Shown: piece by piece, positions 49,496 through 59,456 of the stretch
Position numbering within the stretch: the first letter of the stretch is position 1
Layout of the letters: each line of letters begins with the position of its first letter
Assembly: GCA_964524845.1 (NCBI GenBank)
Contig: CAZGFX010000002.1
Span: forward strand, 227,428 to 291,427
Length of the DNA stretch: 64,000 nt
Direction: 5' to 3'
Source of the DNA: an uncultured Gammaproteobacteria bacterium
GTDB lineage: Bacteria; Patescibacteriota; Patescibacteriia; CAZGFX01
Program-made: the position numbers and the translations under genes
Notes under the pieces: generated by a model
Database searches by the model: none
What the model was told of the DNA's origin: nothing
Seen by the model: the letters and a program-made list of their open reading frames with translations, nothing else

Positions 49496-51604
49496 TTACG
49501 ATACTTTTGCCGTACCTCTCTTTTTTTGAATCTCGGCGAGAACGTTTGTTGGAACCTGATCATATCGCTCAAACTCCATAGTATAAGTACCTCGACCTTG
49601 CGTCATAGAACGAAGCGTTGTGGAATAACCAAACATCGAAGCAAGAGGTACTGTGGCTGAAATAACCTTATTTCCTCCTCTGTCTCCCATCGAACCAATT
49701 TGCCCTCTTTTCGAATTAAGATCACCAACAACAACGCCCATATAATCTTCCGGTGTAATAACTTCAATTTTCATCATTGGCTCGAGAAGTATAGGACGAC
49801 TCTTCATAAAAGCGTCTTTAAAACCAATAGATCCGGCAATTTTAAACGCATATTCACTCGAATCAACATCGTGATACGAACCGTCAAATACTGTGGCCTT
49901 AACATTAATAATTGGATATCCGGCAAGTTGTCCGGAATTAAGTGTTTCTTCAATACCCTTTCCAACTGCAGGAATATATTCTCTTGGAATAGACCCTCCT
50001 TTAATAGCATCAACGAATTCAAATGTTTTCTTTTTATCTTCTGAATCAGCATCATGAACGAGTGGCTCGAGTTTGATCCAACAGTGCCCATACTGACCAC
50101 GACCTCCTGATTGTTTTACATACTTTCCTTCTGCTTCAGCTGAAGAAGTGATTGTTTCACGATATGAAACTTCTGGTGCACCAACGTTTGCGTCAACACC
50201 AAACTCTCTCTTCATACGATCAACAATAATTTCAAGATGAAGTTCTCCCATACCGGCAATAATAGTCTGACTTGATTCTGGGTCAACTTTTACACTAAAT
50301 GTAGGATCTTCTTCCGCAAGTTTCTGAAGTGCAAATCCCATTTTCTCTTGATCGTTTTTTGTTTTGGCCTCTACGGCAATATGAATAACTGGTTCAGGAA
50401 ATGTAATTGATTCGAGAATAATCTGTTTATCAAGATCACAAAGCGTATGCCCGGTGAAAGTATTTTTGAGACCAATAACAGCAGCTATATCTCCTGATGG
50501 AACCTCATCAACTTCTTCTCTTTGGTTTGCATGCATACGAACAATACGACCAATACGTTCTTTGTTTCCTGTTGATGAGTTAAGTACGTATGAACCCGAT
50601 TTCAAAACACCTGAGTACACACGAACGAAAGTGAGACGACCAACAAAAGGATCTGTTGCAACTTTAAAAGCAAGAGCAGCTAGTGGCGCATCATCGTCAA
50701 CTTTAATTGGGTTTGTAATAGACGGGTCAGATACGTTGTGTCCGATCGGAGCCGCGATATCAAGCGGTGAAGGCAAATAATAATCAACCGCATCCAAAAG
50801 AAGTTGAACTCCTTTATTTTTAAGTGCCGAACCGCACAAAATCGGAATAAATTGATATGTAATAACACCTTTTCGAATAGCTTGTCTGATCTCATCTATT
50901 GTAAGAGATTCTCCTCCTAGATATTTTTCAAGAAGATGTTCATCAACGGAAGCAACAGCTTCAAGCATCTCTCCTCTATATTTTTTTACTTTTTCAATCA
51001 TGTCTGACGGGATATCTTCTTCTTTGCAAGTACCCATATCATCAATAAACATAAATGCGCGCTCAGTAACAAGATCAATAATACCCTTAAAATTATCTTC
51101 TATACCTATAGGAAGCTGAATTGGATGAGCACTTGTTGTAAGTTTTGAACGAATATCATCTATATCATAATAGAAATCGGCTCCTGTACGATCAAGTTTA
51201 TTTACAAAACAAAGACGTGGAACTTTGTACTTTTCTGCCTGACGCCATACTGTTTCTGTTTGTGGTTCAACACCCGAAACACCGTCAAAAACAACAACTC
51301 CTCCATCAAGAACACGAAGAGATCGCTCTACCTCAACTGTGAAATCTACATGTCCTGGGGTATCGATAACATTAATAACTTTATCTTTCCAAAAACACGT
51401 CGTCGCAGCAGACGTGATTGTGATACCACGTTCCTGCTCTTGTTCCATCCAATCCATTACGGCCTCTCCTTCATGCACCTCACCAATCTTATGAGTTTTT
51501 CCAGTATAAAATAAAATACGCTCGGACACCGTTGTCTTACCCGCATCAATGTGTGCAATGATACCAATATTACGCACTCTTTCCAAAGGATACTTCCTAG
51601 GCAT
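49496..51604 (-). CDS. fusA: elongation factor G
   Basis: [14 protein letters not shown] and NKLD motifs. Five-domain length. Track ORF over-extended; ATG at 51604 precedes the conserved [15 protein letters not shown]. Confidence 0.95.
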   Translation of the reverse strand: MPRKYPLERVRNIGIIAHIDAGKTTVSERILFYTGKTHKIGEVHEGEAVMDWMEQEQERGITITSAATTCFWKDKVINVIDTPGHVDFTVEVERSLRVLDGGVVVFDGVSGVEPQTETVWRQAEKYKVPRLCFVNKLDRTGADFYYDIDDIRSKLTTSAHPIQLPIGIEDNFKGIIDLVTERAFMFIDDMGTCKEEDIPSDMIEKVKKYRGEMLEAVASVDEHLLEKYLGGESLTIDEIRQAIRKGVITYQFIPILCGSALKNKGVQLLLDAVDYYLPSPLDIAAPIGHNVSDPSITNPIKVDDDAPLAALAFKVATDPFVGRLTFVRVYSGVLKSGSYVLNSSTGNKERIGRIVRMHANQREEVDEVPSGDIAAVIGLKNTFTGHTLCDLDKQIILESITFPEPVIHIAVEAKTKNDQEKMGFALQKLAEEDPTFSVKVDPESSQTIIAGMGELHLEIIVDRMKREFGVDANVGAPEVSYRETITSSAEAEGKYVKQSGGRGQYGHCWIKLEPLVHDADSEDKKKTFEFVDAIKGGSIPREYIPAVGKGIEETLNSGQLAGYPIINVKATVFDGSYHDVDSSEYAFKIAGSIGFKDAFMKSRPILLEPMMKIEVITPEDYMGVVVGDLNSKRGQIGSMGDRGGNKVISATVPLASMFGYSTTLRSMTQGRGTYTMEFERYDQVPTNVLAEIQKKRGTAKVS

Positions 51605-51827
51605 ATACTTTCTTAAAAAATAATAATTACTAACTGACATTATTCATGTCATCTCGGATAAAGCGTGTAATACAGGGTTCGCTGTATTCGAGAAGACACA
51701 ATTTTTGGTTTTTTATAATAAGTAACAACAAGAGATATAAAAAGCGCGCTGCAATACGCAATAACCCAACGCGCCAAAAAATCATCAAAACAGTCAATTA
51801 AAACAATCGTTTCCCGTCTCTTTGTTT

Positions 51828-52292
51828 TTATGCAAAATGAGCAAATGCGCGATTAGCTTCAGCCATCTTATGAACGTCTTCGCGTTTTTTAATGGCCGCA
51901 CCCTGATTGTTCGACGCTTCGATAAGCTCTTGAGCAAGCTTCTCTGCCATTGCCGATCCTTTGCGTGAACGCACCGACTCAAGAATCCAACGCATTGCCA
52001 AAGCCAATTTACGTTCAGGATTTACTGGATAAGGAATTTGATAATTTGCGCCACCGATTCTGCGTCCTCTAACCTCAAGCGCGGGACCAACGTTCTGAAG
52101 CGCTGTTTCAAAAATTTCTAACGGATTTGATTTCGTTTTTTCGGAAATAACATCAAGAGCACCATACACAACTCGTTGTGCAGTGCTTTTCTTTCCGTTC
52201 TTCATTATTTTATTCACGAACTTCGTAATCGTTGTACTATTATATTTTGAATCAGGAACAACGACGCGTTTCGGAGCTTGTTTTCCTCTCAT
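51828..52292 (-). CDS. rpsG: 30S ribosomal protein S7
   Basis: Operon position rpsL-rpsG-fusA. S7 motifs. Confidence 0.9.
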   Translation of the reverse strand: MRGKQAPKRVVVPDSKYNSTTITKFVNKIMKNGKKSTAQRVVYGALDVISEKTKSNPLEIFETALQNVGPALEVRGRRIGGANYQIPYPVNPERKLALAMRWILESVRSRKGSAMAEKLAQELIEASNNQGAAIKKREDVHKMAEANRAFAHFA

Positions 52293-52302
52293 AAACTTCT
52301 AA

Positions 52303-52725
52303 TTATTTAGGTTTTTTAGCGCCATAAAGTGATCTACCTTGTCGACGGCCATCAACACCCTGCGAATCATACATACCGCGAACAATGTGATATCGGACAC
52401 CAGGCAAATCTTTTACACGACCTCCTCGAATCATAACGATCGAGTGTTCCTGCAAATTATGCCCGACTCCAGGAATATATGCCCACACCTCCATACCATT
52501 TGAAAGCTTCACACGAGCGACTTTTCGAAGCGCAGAGTTTGGTTTTTTAGGTGTCATTGTAGTCACCTTGACGCAAACGCCACGTTTAAATGGAGCCCCG
52601 CCATCACCGACAATCTGTTTTTTTGTACGATGCAAAGTATCAAGATTCCACTGCAAAGCAGGAGATTTTGACTTCCACACCGGAGACTTTCTTCCTTTCT
52701 TTATAAGCTGATTAATTGTTGGCAT
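52303..52725 (-). CDS. rpsL: 30S ribosomal protein S12 (with ~16-aa insertion after the PAL motif)
   Basis: [13 protein letters not shown]...[23 protein letters not shown]...NLQEHS...[13 protein letters not shown]. Confidence 0.9.
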   Translation of the reverse strand: MPTINQLIKKGRKSPVWKSKSPALQWNLDTLHRTKKQIVGDGGAPFKRGVCVKVTTMTPKKPNSALRKVARVKLSNGMEVWAYIPGVGHNLQEHSIVMIRGGRVKDLPGVRYHIVRGMYDSQGVDGRRQGRSLYGAKKPK

Positions 52726-52922
52726 ATATACACTTCGGTTAATTAATACTAAAAACCTTAATTAATAACGCGGGTAGAATATCACTCGTTTCCTCGCCTG
52801 TCAACTCTTTTTGTTGTTATTATGGGTAAAAATAAGCATATGTAATTTTATACATGGAATTGCAAAACATCACTCAAAAACGGCTTGTTTACTTAATTTC
52901 TCAGTGTTTCCTTATATTATTA

Positions 52923-52951
52923 TTGACAAGAAACAGGAAACACTATATATT
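52923..52951 (+). promoter_or_regulatory. sigma70-like promoter (TTGACA-17-TATATT) flanked by a 9-bp inverted repeat
   Basis: TTGACA at 52923-28, TATATT at 52946-51. Inverted repeat agtgtttcc (52903-11) / ggaaacact (52936-44) brackets the -35. Confidence 0.35.
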
Positions 52952-53018
52952 CTAATGATAATAATTAACCAAAAAACTAAAAAATAACCGCCATATTTAC
53001 ATGGCAAGGAGAATTGAA

Positions 53019-53426
53019 ATGAAAAAAACAATACTAAAATCTGTTAGTTTAATTGTTTTGATCGGAATTATCTTTTTGGTAGGCAGACTTACTGCACCAA
53101 ACTACGACGAATCTTCCAAAGAAATAAATGGCTTATTCTATTTTTTTGCTTGTGTGTTTGCCGGATCGTCTATTATTTCTCTGTATATAATGCATGAGAC
53201 AAGTACAAAGATTACGATAGAATACTCTCGTTTATTAATAGTACTTATACTATTGATGGTATTCGTGTTTATTATTGAAATTTATTTTTCAAACAAAACA
53301 ATTATTTCATCATACGAGTTTGGATCGCGACCACTAATATTGTTTTTAACGAGTATAATATCGTCTGGCGGTTTGTGCTTGGTCGTAAAATACTGGATTG
53401 TAAAAAAACACTCAATAACTAATTAA
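53019..53426 (+). CDS. small 4-TM membrane protein, unknown function
   Basis: aggaga SD 7 nt upstream of ATG 53019 (MKKTILKS). Track ORF begins at 53001. Confidence 0.45.
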   Translation: MKKTILKSVSLIVLIGIIFLVGRLTAPNYDESSKEINGLFYFFACVFAGSSIISLYIMHETSTKITIEYSRLLIVLILLMVFVFIIEIYFSNKTIISSYEFGSRPLILFLTSIISSGGLCLVVKYWIVKKHSITN

Positions 53427-53494
53427 CGTTCTTTAAATTAAAAGGGGTTTAACGTGAAAAATGTAAGAAAATAAAAAAAGTTAAGGAGAAAATA

Positions 53495-53749
53495 ATGAGC
53501 AAAAAAATAGTTATATCTCGTTTCGGAGAATCTTTAGAAGTCGACACATCAGATAATGCCTGTAGTAAATTTGGCTTTAAACACGGCGACCGTATCATCG
53601 ACAACAGTGGTTACAAAAGCACTGTCATAGGGGTTGCTGTAAGTAGTATTACGAATGAAACATTATGGTACGCCCGCGACTGCGATAACGGCAGGGTTAG
53701 CTACTATGAACCATGGGCGGGTGCCAATTTTTCGCTAATTCCTTCCTGA
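53495..53749 (+). CDS. small hypothetical soluble protein (84 aa)
   Basis: aaggag SD upstream. No known motif. Confidence 0.4.
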   Translation: MSKKIVISRFGESLEVDTSDNACSKFGFKHGDRIIDNSGYKSTVIGVAVSSITNETLWYARDCDNGRVSYYEPWAGANFSLIPS

Positions 53750-53895
53750 TTTCGAGACTCTAATTTTTCTTTCAAGTTGTTGATTGCCATCGTACGATCG
53801 ACAACTTTATAAGAAAAGTTTGCAAAAAAATAAATTAAACCATCAAAAATAAATAAAAAAATAACCACCACATTTACATGACAAAGGAGATTGAC

Positions 53896-54249
53896 ATGAA
53901 ATATCAAAATGTATTTCTATGGCTAGCGTTTATTTTTCTAATTGTCTTTATCGGACTAATATTTACCAAAAAACTATTAGGAAACGAGGAGCTGCACGCT
54001 TCACTTATGATTTTTTCTTTGATAATGATTGTAATTTGTATTTTTGCTCCAATGTTCATTGCAGAAAAAAAACTCAGTTATAGTGCACTTATAATCACAC
54101 TAGCAGTCGGGATTCCCCTCGTACTTTTGGGCGATTATCTGTTATTAATATCAGATGGAAAATTCTATTATATGTGCGTAGGGATTCTGTTTTTTTTCGG
54201 AACGTTTATTCTAGTAGAACGACTTGCTCAAAAAACCAAATCACAATAA
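53896..54249 (+). CDS. small 4-TM membrane protein, unknown function
   Basis: Same ~40-bp conserved leader as the 53019 gene (aaaataaccNccaNatttacatgNcaa-ggaga). Start ATG 53896 (MKYQNVFLW). Confidence 0.45.
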   Translation: MKYQNVFLWLAFIFLIVFIGLIFTKKLLGNEELHASLMIFSLIMIVICIFAPMFIAEKKLSYSALIITLAVGIPLVLLGDYLLLISDGKFYYMCVGILFFFGTFILVERLAQKTKSQ

Positions 54250-54371
54250 TTTTTCTTTTAATTCGATAAAACAAAAAATCGCTAAGTTAAAAAACAAGGC
54301 GGTTTTTTATTTCGGAAAAATAAAAAAACAACCTGTGATATGTTTTCAGTAGGTTGTTTTTTAATAAGTAT

Positions 54372-54656
54372 CTATTCACTAAACTCATCAGCTGTTACAT
54401 CATCAAGAGAATCTTTTGATACATCTTTGAATAAGTCATCGACTTCTTTTGTAAGATCAGACACTTCTTCTGGGGCGCCTGATGTAACAGATGGAGTTGT
54501 CTCTTTTGTGTCTTCTATTATATTAGTTTCTGTTTTCTCTGTTGCCTTCACATCATCTTGTTTCTGGTTTTTTTCTACCATACCACATCCTGTTAATCCA
54601 CCAACAACTACAACGATCAAAAACATGGCAATTGATAAAAATAATGTTTTTTTCAT
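54372..54656 (-). CDS. small acidic lipoprotein
   Basis: Signal + lipobox LTGC. Glu/Asp/Thr-rich mature region. Confidence 0.5.
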   Translation of the reverse strand: MKKTLFLSIAMFLIVVVVGGLTGCGMVEKNQKQDDVKATEKTETNIIEDTKETTPSVTSGAPEEVSDLTKEVDDLFKDVSKDSLDDVTADEFSE

Positions 54657-54684
54657 ATTTGTATAAATTATTATTTGATTTTAA

Positions 54685-55413
54685 TTATTCTTGAGTTCCT
54701 GTCGTTGTTCCTGTGTTTTCTGTTGTTTGTGCTGAAGAACCCGCTTCAGTTGAACCAGTTGGTGTTGTTGTGGTTGTTGTATCTGTAACAGGAGTTACCT
54801 TCTGACTCTTTATCGAGACGAGGTGTTCTGCAATAACTTTGTGTAGTGCAACAACTTTTTTGTTTATATCCCTAACACCCTGCAACTCTCCTCGCGCAAT
54901 ATCTATTTTTCCTTTGAATTGTCCCTCACTTTCTCCACAAGTCAGATCTTTTGATGATTTAAGAGTGTCGATAAATTTAGCGTATGCGGTTTTCATTTCG
55001 TTTATATATCCTTCGAGAGTAGTCACATCTCCTTGAAGCAAAGACGCATCATACCCTTTTTCCGATAATCGAGTAATCATTGTGGTAAGACGTGTATGTA
55101 TTTTATCAAGTCGTTGTAAACGAAGTGTTTGTCCATCATCGTATTTTGTAATTCGGGTATCAATGCGCCTACCAGCATGTTCGCAAAGTTTTGTTTTTAC
55201 TTTTTCCTTTATCTCGGCCTTCTTTTCTTCGAAAATTGTTTTTAATTCAGCGCGCTTTTCTTTCGCGTCTTCACGAATTTCTTGTATTTTTGTTTTTGGT
55301 GAATCAGTCGTCGATTCATCGATGACATCTTCTGCTGACACACGTATGGCAGTACCTAGAACCAGTGTTAATACGCTTATCGGCAAAAGATAAAAAGCAA
55401 CAGTTTTTTTCAT
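54685..55413 (-). CDS. secreted coiled-coil protein with Thr-rich C-terminal tail
   Basis: Signal peptide. Lys/Glu-rich helical region. C-terminal TTTTTTPTGSTEAGSSAQTTENTGTTTGT. Confidence 0.5.
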   Translation of the reverse strand: MKKTVAFYLLPISVLTLVLGTAIRVSAEDVIDESTTDSPKTKIQEIREDAKEKRAELKTIFEEKKAEIKEKVKTKLCEHAGRRIDTRITKYDDGQTLRLQRLDKIHTRLTTMITRLSEKGYDASLLQGDVTTLEGYINEMKTAYAKFIDTLKSSKDLTCGESEGQFKGKIDIARGELQGVRDINKKVVALHKVIAEHLVSIKSQKVTPVTDTTTTTTPTGSTEAGSSAQTTENTGTTTGTQE

Positions 55414-55544
55414 AGAAAATTAAATATTTATTTACTATAGAAGTATCACTTCTGCATATATAATATCACATAATTTTTGTTTAATAAAAAAACGCCCATA
55501 TGGACGATTTCTTATTAAATTATTGAACGTTTATTTGTAAATAA

Positions 55545-56195
55545 TCAAAATACAGACGGCAAGAAACTGAGAACAAAATTAATCGCTCCACTGAAAAGTC
55601 TTGAGAAAAGACTTATTCCAACAAAACGATCTACCAATATAAGTCCGAGAATAATCCAAGGACCATTCTTTTCAAAACTGCGTTTGAATGAGTCAAGTGA
55701 TGATGGAAGATAATCGAGTAATACTCGAGATCCATCAAGAGGTGGAATTGGAATAAGATTAAAGAGCGCGAGCACTAGATTTATAACAATGAGAAATACT
55801 ATAAATTGAGCGAGCATATTATCAACAGTAATAATTTCAAAATGGAAAAGTGCTCGCGCGAGTATTATGAATACAACAACAGCAATTAGGTTTGCCGCAG
55901 GCCCGGCCAAAGCCACTAGACTCGGGCCATGCTTTCCTGTTCGAAGTTTGTTAGGATCATATGGCACGGGTTTGGCCCAACCAAATCCCAAAAAAACAAA
56001 CATAAGAAAACCCCAAGGATCTATATGAGCAAGAGGATTCATAGTTAGACGACCATAATATTCAGCTGTTTTATCTCCTTGTATATAACCCAGAAGCGCA
56101 TGAGCATATTCATGAATCGTCATAGCAAAAACGATTGCGATCATCCAGATCACAAATAAAATGGGGTTTGTTTCCAATAATCCAAGTGGCGACAT
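55545..56195 (-). CDS. peptidase M50 family (short site-2 protease, SpoIVFB-like, no PDZ)
   Basis: HEYAHAL zinc motif in TM1. 6 TM. LDG motif region. Confidence 0.75.
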   Translation of the reverse strand: MSPLGLLETNPILFVIWMIAIVFAMTIHEYAHALLGYIQGDKTAEYYGRLTMNPLAHIDPWGFLMFVFLGFGWAKPVPYDPNKLRTGKHGPSLVALAGPAANLIAVVVFIILARALFHFEIITVDNMLAQFIVFLIVINLVLALFNLIPIPPLDGSRVLLDYLPSSLDSFKRSFEKNGPWIILGLILVDRFVGISLFSRLFSGAINFVLSFLPSVF

Positions 56196-56257
56196 CTTGA
56201 CTCTATTATATAATTACTCTATTATAATACCATTAATTCGAGGTTTGAAGAAAGTCT

Positions 56258-56488
56258 ATGGCAAAAAAATCAGAGCTTACAGGCAAAAAACCGCGTACGA
56301 TGAATCAGCGGAGCCACTCAATGAACGCAACAAAGCGCGTACAGGGTATTAATTTACAGACGATTCGGGTCGAGGGAAAAAAAATATGCGCTACCGCACG
56401 CGAGATAAAAGCGATAAAGAAAATGCTTGCTGAGAATATTCCATTCTCAAAAATCAAGAAAATGTATAACAAGGCTGTTATAGCATAA
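56258..56488 (+). CDS. rpmB: 50S ribosomal protein L28
   Basis: MAKKSELTGKKP..NQRSHSMNATKR L28 pattern. 76 aa. Confidence 0.85.
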   Translation: MAKKSELTGKKPRTMNQRSHSMNATKRVQGINLQTIRVEGKKICATAREIKAIKKMLAENIPFSKIKKMYNKAVIA

Positions 56489-56508
56489 TCGCAACACGTA
56501 CACGCCAC

Positions 56509-56538
56509 AGACAGGATCTCTCCTGTCTTTTTGTTTTG
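56509..56538 (+). terminator. rho-independent terminator after rpmB
   Basis: agacagga-tctc-tcctgtct 8-bp stem followed by TTTTTGTTTTG. Confidence 0.6.
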
Positions 56539-56710
56539 CAATAATTAGAAACGTGTCGAAGACACGTGTCAAAGAAATGAAAAACAACCCCGCAAAGCGA
56601 TAGCGTGCGGGGTATGTAGAGATATTTTTGGATGAAAAGGATAAGCGACTTGTTCGAGAGAACATAAAAATCATATGAATTATAATGCGAACAGAAGTGC
56701 TCGCGTTAAA

Positions 56711-56812
56711 GTGGATGAGACCTCTCCCTGACATGCGTCAGGGCAAGCATATTCGTTCGAGGTGACAAAGTTGGTCGAGGTGACAAGTCCCGCCGAGCGT
56801 CAGCGATGACGG
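56711..56812. repeat. GC-rich palindromic repeat unit (family 3), copy 2
   Basis: ggatgagacctctccctgacatgcgtcagggcaagc...tcgaggtgacaa, shared with 33481-33620. Confidence 0.5.
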
Positions 56813-56820
56813 GATATTAA

Positions 56821-56984
56821 CAATGTCATCCTGAACAATGTCATCCTGAATAATGCCATCCTGAACAATGTCATCCTGAACAATGTCATCCTGAACAATG
56901 TCATCCTGAATTTATTTCAGGATCTATGTATCTGTTTCAGGATCTGTGTATCTATTTCAGGATCTGTGTATCTGTTTCAGGATG
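56821..56984. repeat. tandem arrays of 6 x 15 bp (caatgtcatcctgaa) then 3.5 x 20 bp (tttcaggatctgtgtatctg); arms mutually complementary
   Basis: Direct reading. Units are the same motifs that form the family-1 MITE termini. Followed by a solo family-2 TIR at 56985-57005. Confidence 0.7.
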
Positions 56985-57529
56985 AAATTATTTCACAGGG
57001 TAAATTCATAATTTTTCTAAAATCAAAAACCCCGTAGCAAAAAATAACTAGATAAATATGCTACGGGGTTCAACCTATACCTATATACACGTCTGAGATA
57101 CGTATTACTATCTATACGAATAAGCTTTTGGATGAGGATTTGGGATTCGATCAGTTAGCCTCCATCTTTTTATGTGTACAAAATCTTTTCGACATTGGAA
57201 GTTTTCGGATCTTATGAAATAAGTTCTCGGACCTCCTTATGTGCCTAAAAACGATTTTGTAACGTGCCTATATATCGCCCGCATAGGAAGTTTAGTACAC
57301 GAACGAAACAATGGCATAAGTAAATATTGCTTGAAAAGTAACCACGGATTCCAAATGCACTCATCCACTATAGGTTTACGCCCACTTACAAAAAATTACA
57401 AATGAGAAAATCACCGTTTTGTACCCTGTTATGCACTTCTTATTTTTCCGCTAAAATAACATCTTTTAAAACAAGTTTATAATCATTATTTAACGAATAA
57501 AAAAAACAAACAGGAGAATTTAGTAGGGT

Positions 57530-57690
57530 GATTATCCCCGGGAAATACCGAGGCACCGGTATAAGGCAGTGTTAGCCGCCTGATACTGGCGATCGCCTCA
57601 TGTGGCCGCAAAGCATGGTCTAAGACCACACAAACTTTAAGCCGCCAATCAACGATGTTGTAGAGAAATCACAGTTCTAAATCAAATCCT
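57530..57690. ncRNA. candidate structured non-coding RNA (unidentified)
   Basis: Locally GC-rich, hairpin-rich segment inside a ~960-bp region (56735-57692) with no ORF >=60 aa on either strand. Identity not established. Confidence 0.2.
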
Positions 57691-57912
57691 GTTTGCACTT
57701 AAAGTATACACCTTCCAGTCTGTTTTTTAAGATCGGGAAAATCCCTATTTTCAGTCATTGTTCAAAAGTTATCCACCTTGTGTTTTTTTTTTGCTTAAAT
57801 ACACGCTTTTCCAATATAAAAACTCGAAAAGTCTCTGTTTTGACCAATTTATATAAATCCGTTATCATCTACCATACTATTATCATATTAATTAAGTTAA
57901 AAAATCGAGTAT

Positions 57913-58506
57913 ATGAAAACAGAGAGAACACTTGTGATTATAAAACCAGATGGAGTACAACGTGGATTAATGGGAGAAATAATAAGACGAATAGAACAAA
58001 CGGGCTTAAAATTTGTTGCATTTAAATTTCTCGTTCCAACAGAGGAACAGTGCTGGACACATTACAACAAGGCTGACGCGTGGTTTGAAGAAAAAGGTGC
58101 ACGAATAATGAAAAACAAACAAGAACTTGGACTTCCTGTTGAAAAAACCGCACGAGAATATGGACAAGATATTATACGAAACAATGTTAAATTTTTTACA
58201 TCCGGACCGCTTCTTGCCATGGTTGTCGAAGGAAATAAATCAGTTGGTGTTGTGAAAAAATTAGTCGGAACTACTGAACCACTCACATCTGATGTTGGAA
58301 CAATCCGTGGAGATCTCACAATTGATTCGTACGACCTTGCGGAACTAGATGGAAGACCGGTGAGAAATCTCGTTCATTGCACAGATGATCCAAAAGAATC
58401 TGACAGAGAAATATCAATCTGGTTCAAACCGGAAGAGATGATCAATTATTATCTTATTGGAGAAAAAATCCTTTACGACATACAACTCGAGGGATTGTTA
58501 AAATAA
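57913..58506 (+). CDS. ndk: nucleoside diphosphate kinase-like protein (197 aa; extended)
   Basis: N-terminal RTLVIIKPDGVQRGLMGEIIRRIE is the canonical NDK fold start. Catalytic His in NLVHCTDD (usually NxxHGSD). Extra ~50 aa. Confidence 0.7.
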   Translation: MKTERTLVIIKPDGVQRGLMGEIIRRIEQTGLKFVAFKFLVPTEEQCWTHYNKADAWFEEKGARIMKNKQELGLPVEKTAREYGQDIIRNNVKFFTSGPLLAMVVEGNKSVGVVKKLVGTTEPLTSDVGTIRGDLTIDSYDLAELDGRPVRNLVHCTDDPKESDREISIWFKPEEMINYYLIGEKILYDIQLEGLLK

Positions 58507-58518
58507 AAAAATACCAAA

Positions 58519-58550
58519 AAGATACGTTTTCAACCGTATCTTTTTTATTT
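58519..58550. terminator. bidirectional terminator between ndk (+) and comEC (-)
   Basis: aagatacg/cgtatctt 8-bp stem with U-runs on both sides. Confidence 0.55.
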
Positions 58551-58595
58551 TCCAATAACTTTAATCCATCAGTAAAAACTTATTTTTAATTGTTC

Positions 58596-59456
58596 TTAAA
58601 AATGTAGCTCATACCTGTCACTATATATTCTAAAAACAATCGTTCCTTTTTCATCTGTGCGTAATATTTTTACTCCGCGCTTAAGAAGACGTTCAACTGC
58701 TTCAGCATGAGGATGACCATATGAATTTCCAATTCCAACTGATATTACAGCATACTCTGGCTTCGTCAAAGAAAGAAACTCATCTGATGTTGATCCCTTG
58801 CTTCCATGATGAGCCACTTTCAATATATCAACATCGGGAATAAGCGAATTATCAATGTTCGACTCTTCCGTAATCGGCAAATCACCTGTCAGAAGAATTT
58901 TTGAGTCTCCATATTCAACGAGCACGACAATTGAGAGATCATTCAAATCCTCCGGGCGGCGCGGCGGCGGACTTTTTGGATGAAGCACTGTCAAACGAAC
59001 TCCGTCAATCTCATACACATTACCTGCATATGGGGCAATAATACGAGCACCTTCTTCTTTTAATGCATCTTCATATACAGAATAAGACGATGAGCCATCT
59101 CCATCGGTGTTTTCAAGAATATTCTTTACATTATATCTATCCAAAACTTCTATAAGCCCTATATAATGATCCGTATGAGGATGTGTCAATATCATCAAAT
59201 CAATATCTCTATCATATAAAGACATCTTCCTTCCTATACTTTGTATACAACGAAGATCAGGACCTCCATCAATAAGAATACTTTTATGATGAGGGGTTAT
59301 TATTAATGTTCCGTCGCCATTTCCTACATTAAAAAATATAATCTCGGTATATGAGCGATTTAGTGTAAAATGAGCATGAACCGCCGCGCCGCCCGCACAG
59401 AGTAAGCTCAAAATACATATGATAATTTTCTTTTTATTAAAATGAAACATATGCAT
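58596..59456 (-). CDS. comEC: ComEC C-terminal metallo-beta-lactamase domain protein (separate ORF)
   Basis: HPHTDHYIGL MBL motif, plus a preceding TM segment. Overlaps the upstream ComEC N-terminal ORF out of frame. Confidence 0.65.
   Translation of the reverse strand: MHMFHFNKKKIIICILSLLCAGGAAVHAHFTLNRSYTEIIFFNVGNGDGTLIITPHHKSILIDGGPDLRCIQSIGRKMSLYDRDIDLMILTHPHTDHYIGLIEVLDRYNVKNILENTDGDGSSSYSVYEDALKEEGARIIAPYAGNVYEIDGVRLTVLHPKSPPPRRPEDLNDLSIVVLVEYGDSKILLTGDLPITEESNIDNSLIPDVDILKVAHHGSKGSTSDEFLSLTKPEYAVISVGIGNSYGHPHAEAVERLLKRGVKILRTDEKGTIVFRIYSDRYELHF

Noticed and set aside
56821-56984. Regularly spaced short repeats, possible CRISPR
   Set aside because: Units are contiguous tandem copies (15 bp and 20 bp) with no unique spacers. 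No cas genes nearby.
57530-57690. TPP riboswitch, SRP RNA or c-di-GMP riboswitch
   Set aside because: Partial resemblance only (CCTGAT-CTGG, CGCAAAGC). Key invariant motifs (CUGAGA; GGAAGCAGC; GNRA receptor context) are absent.
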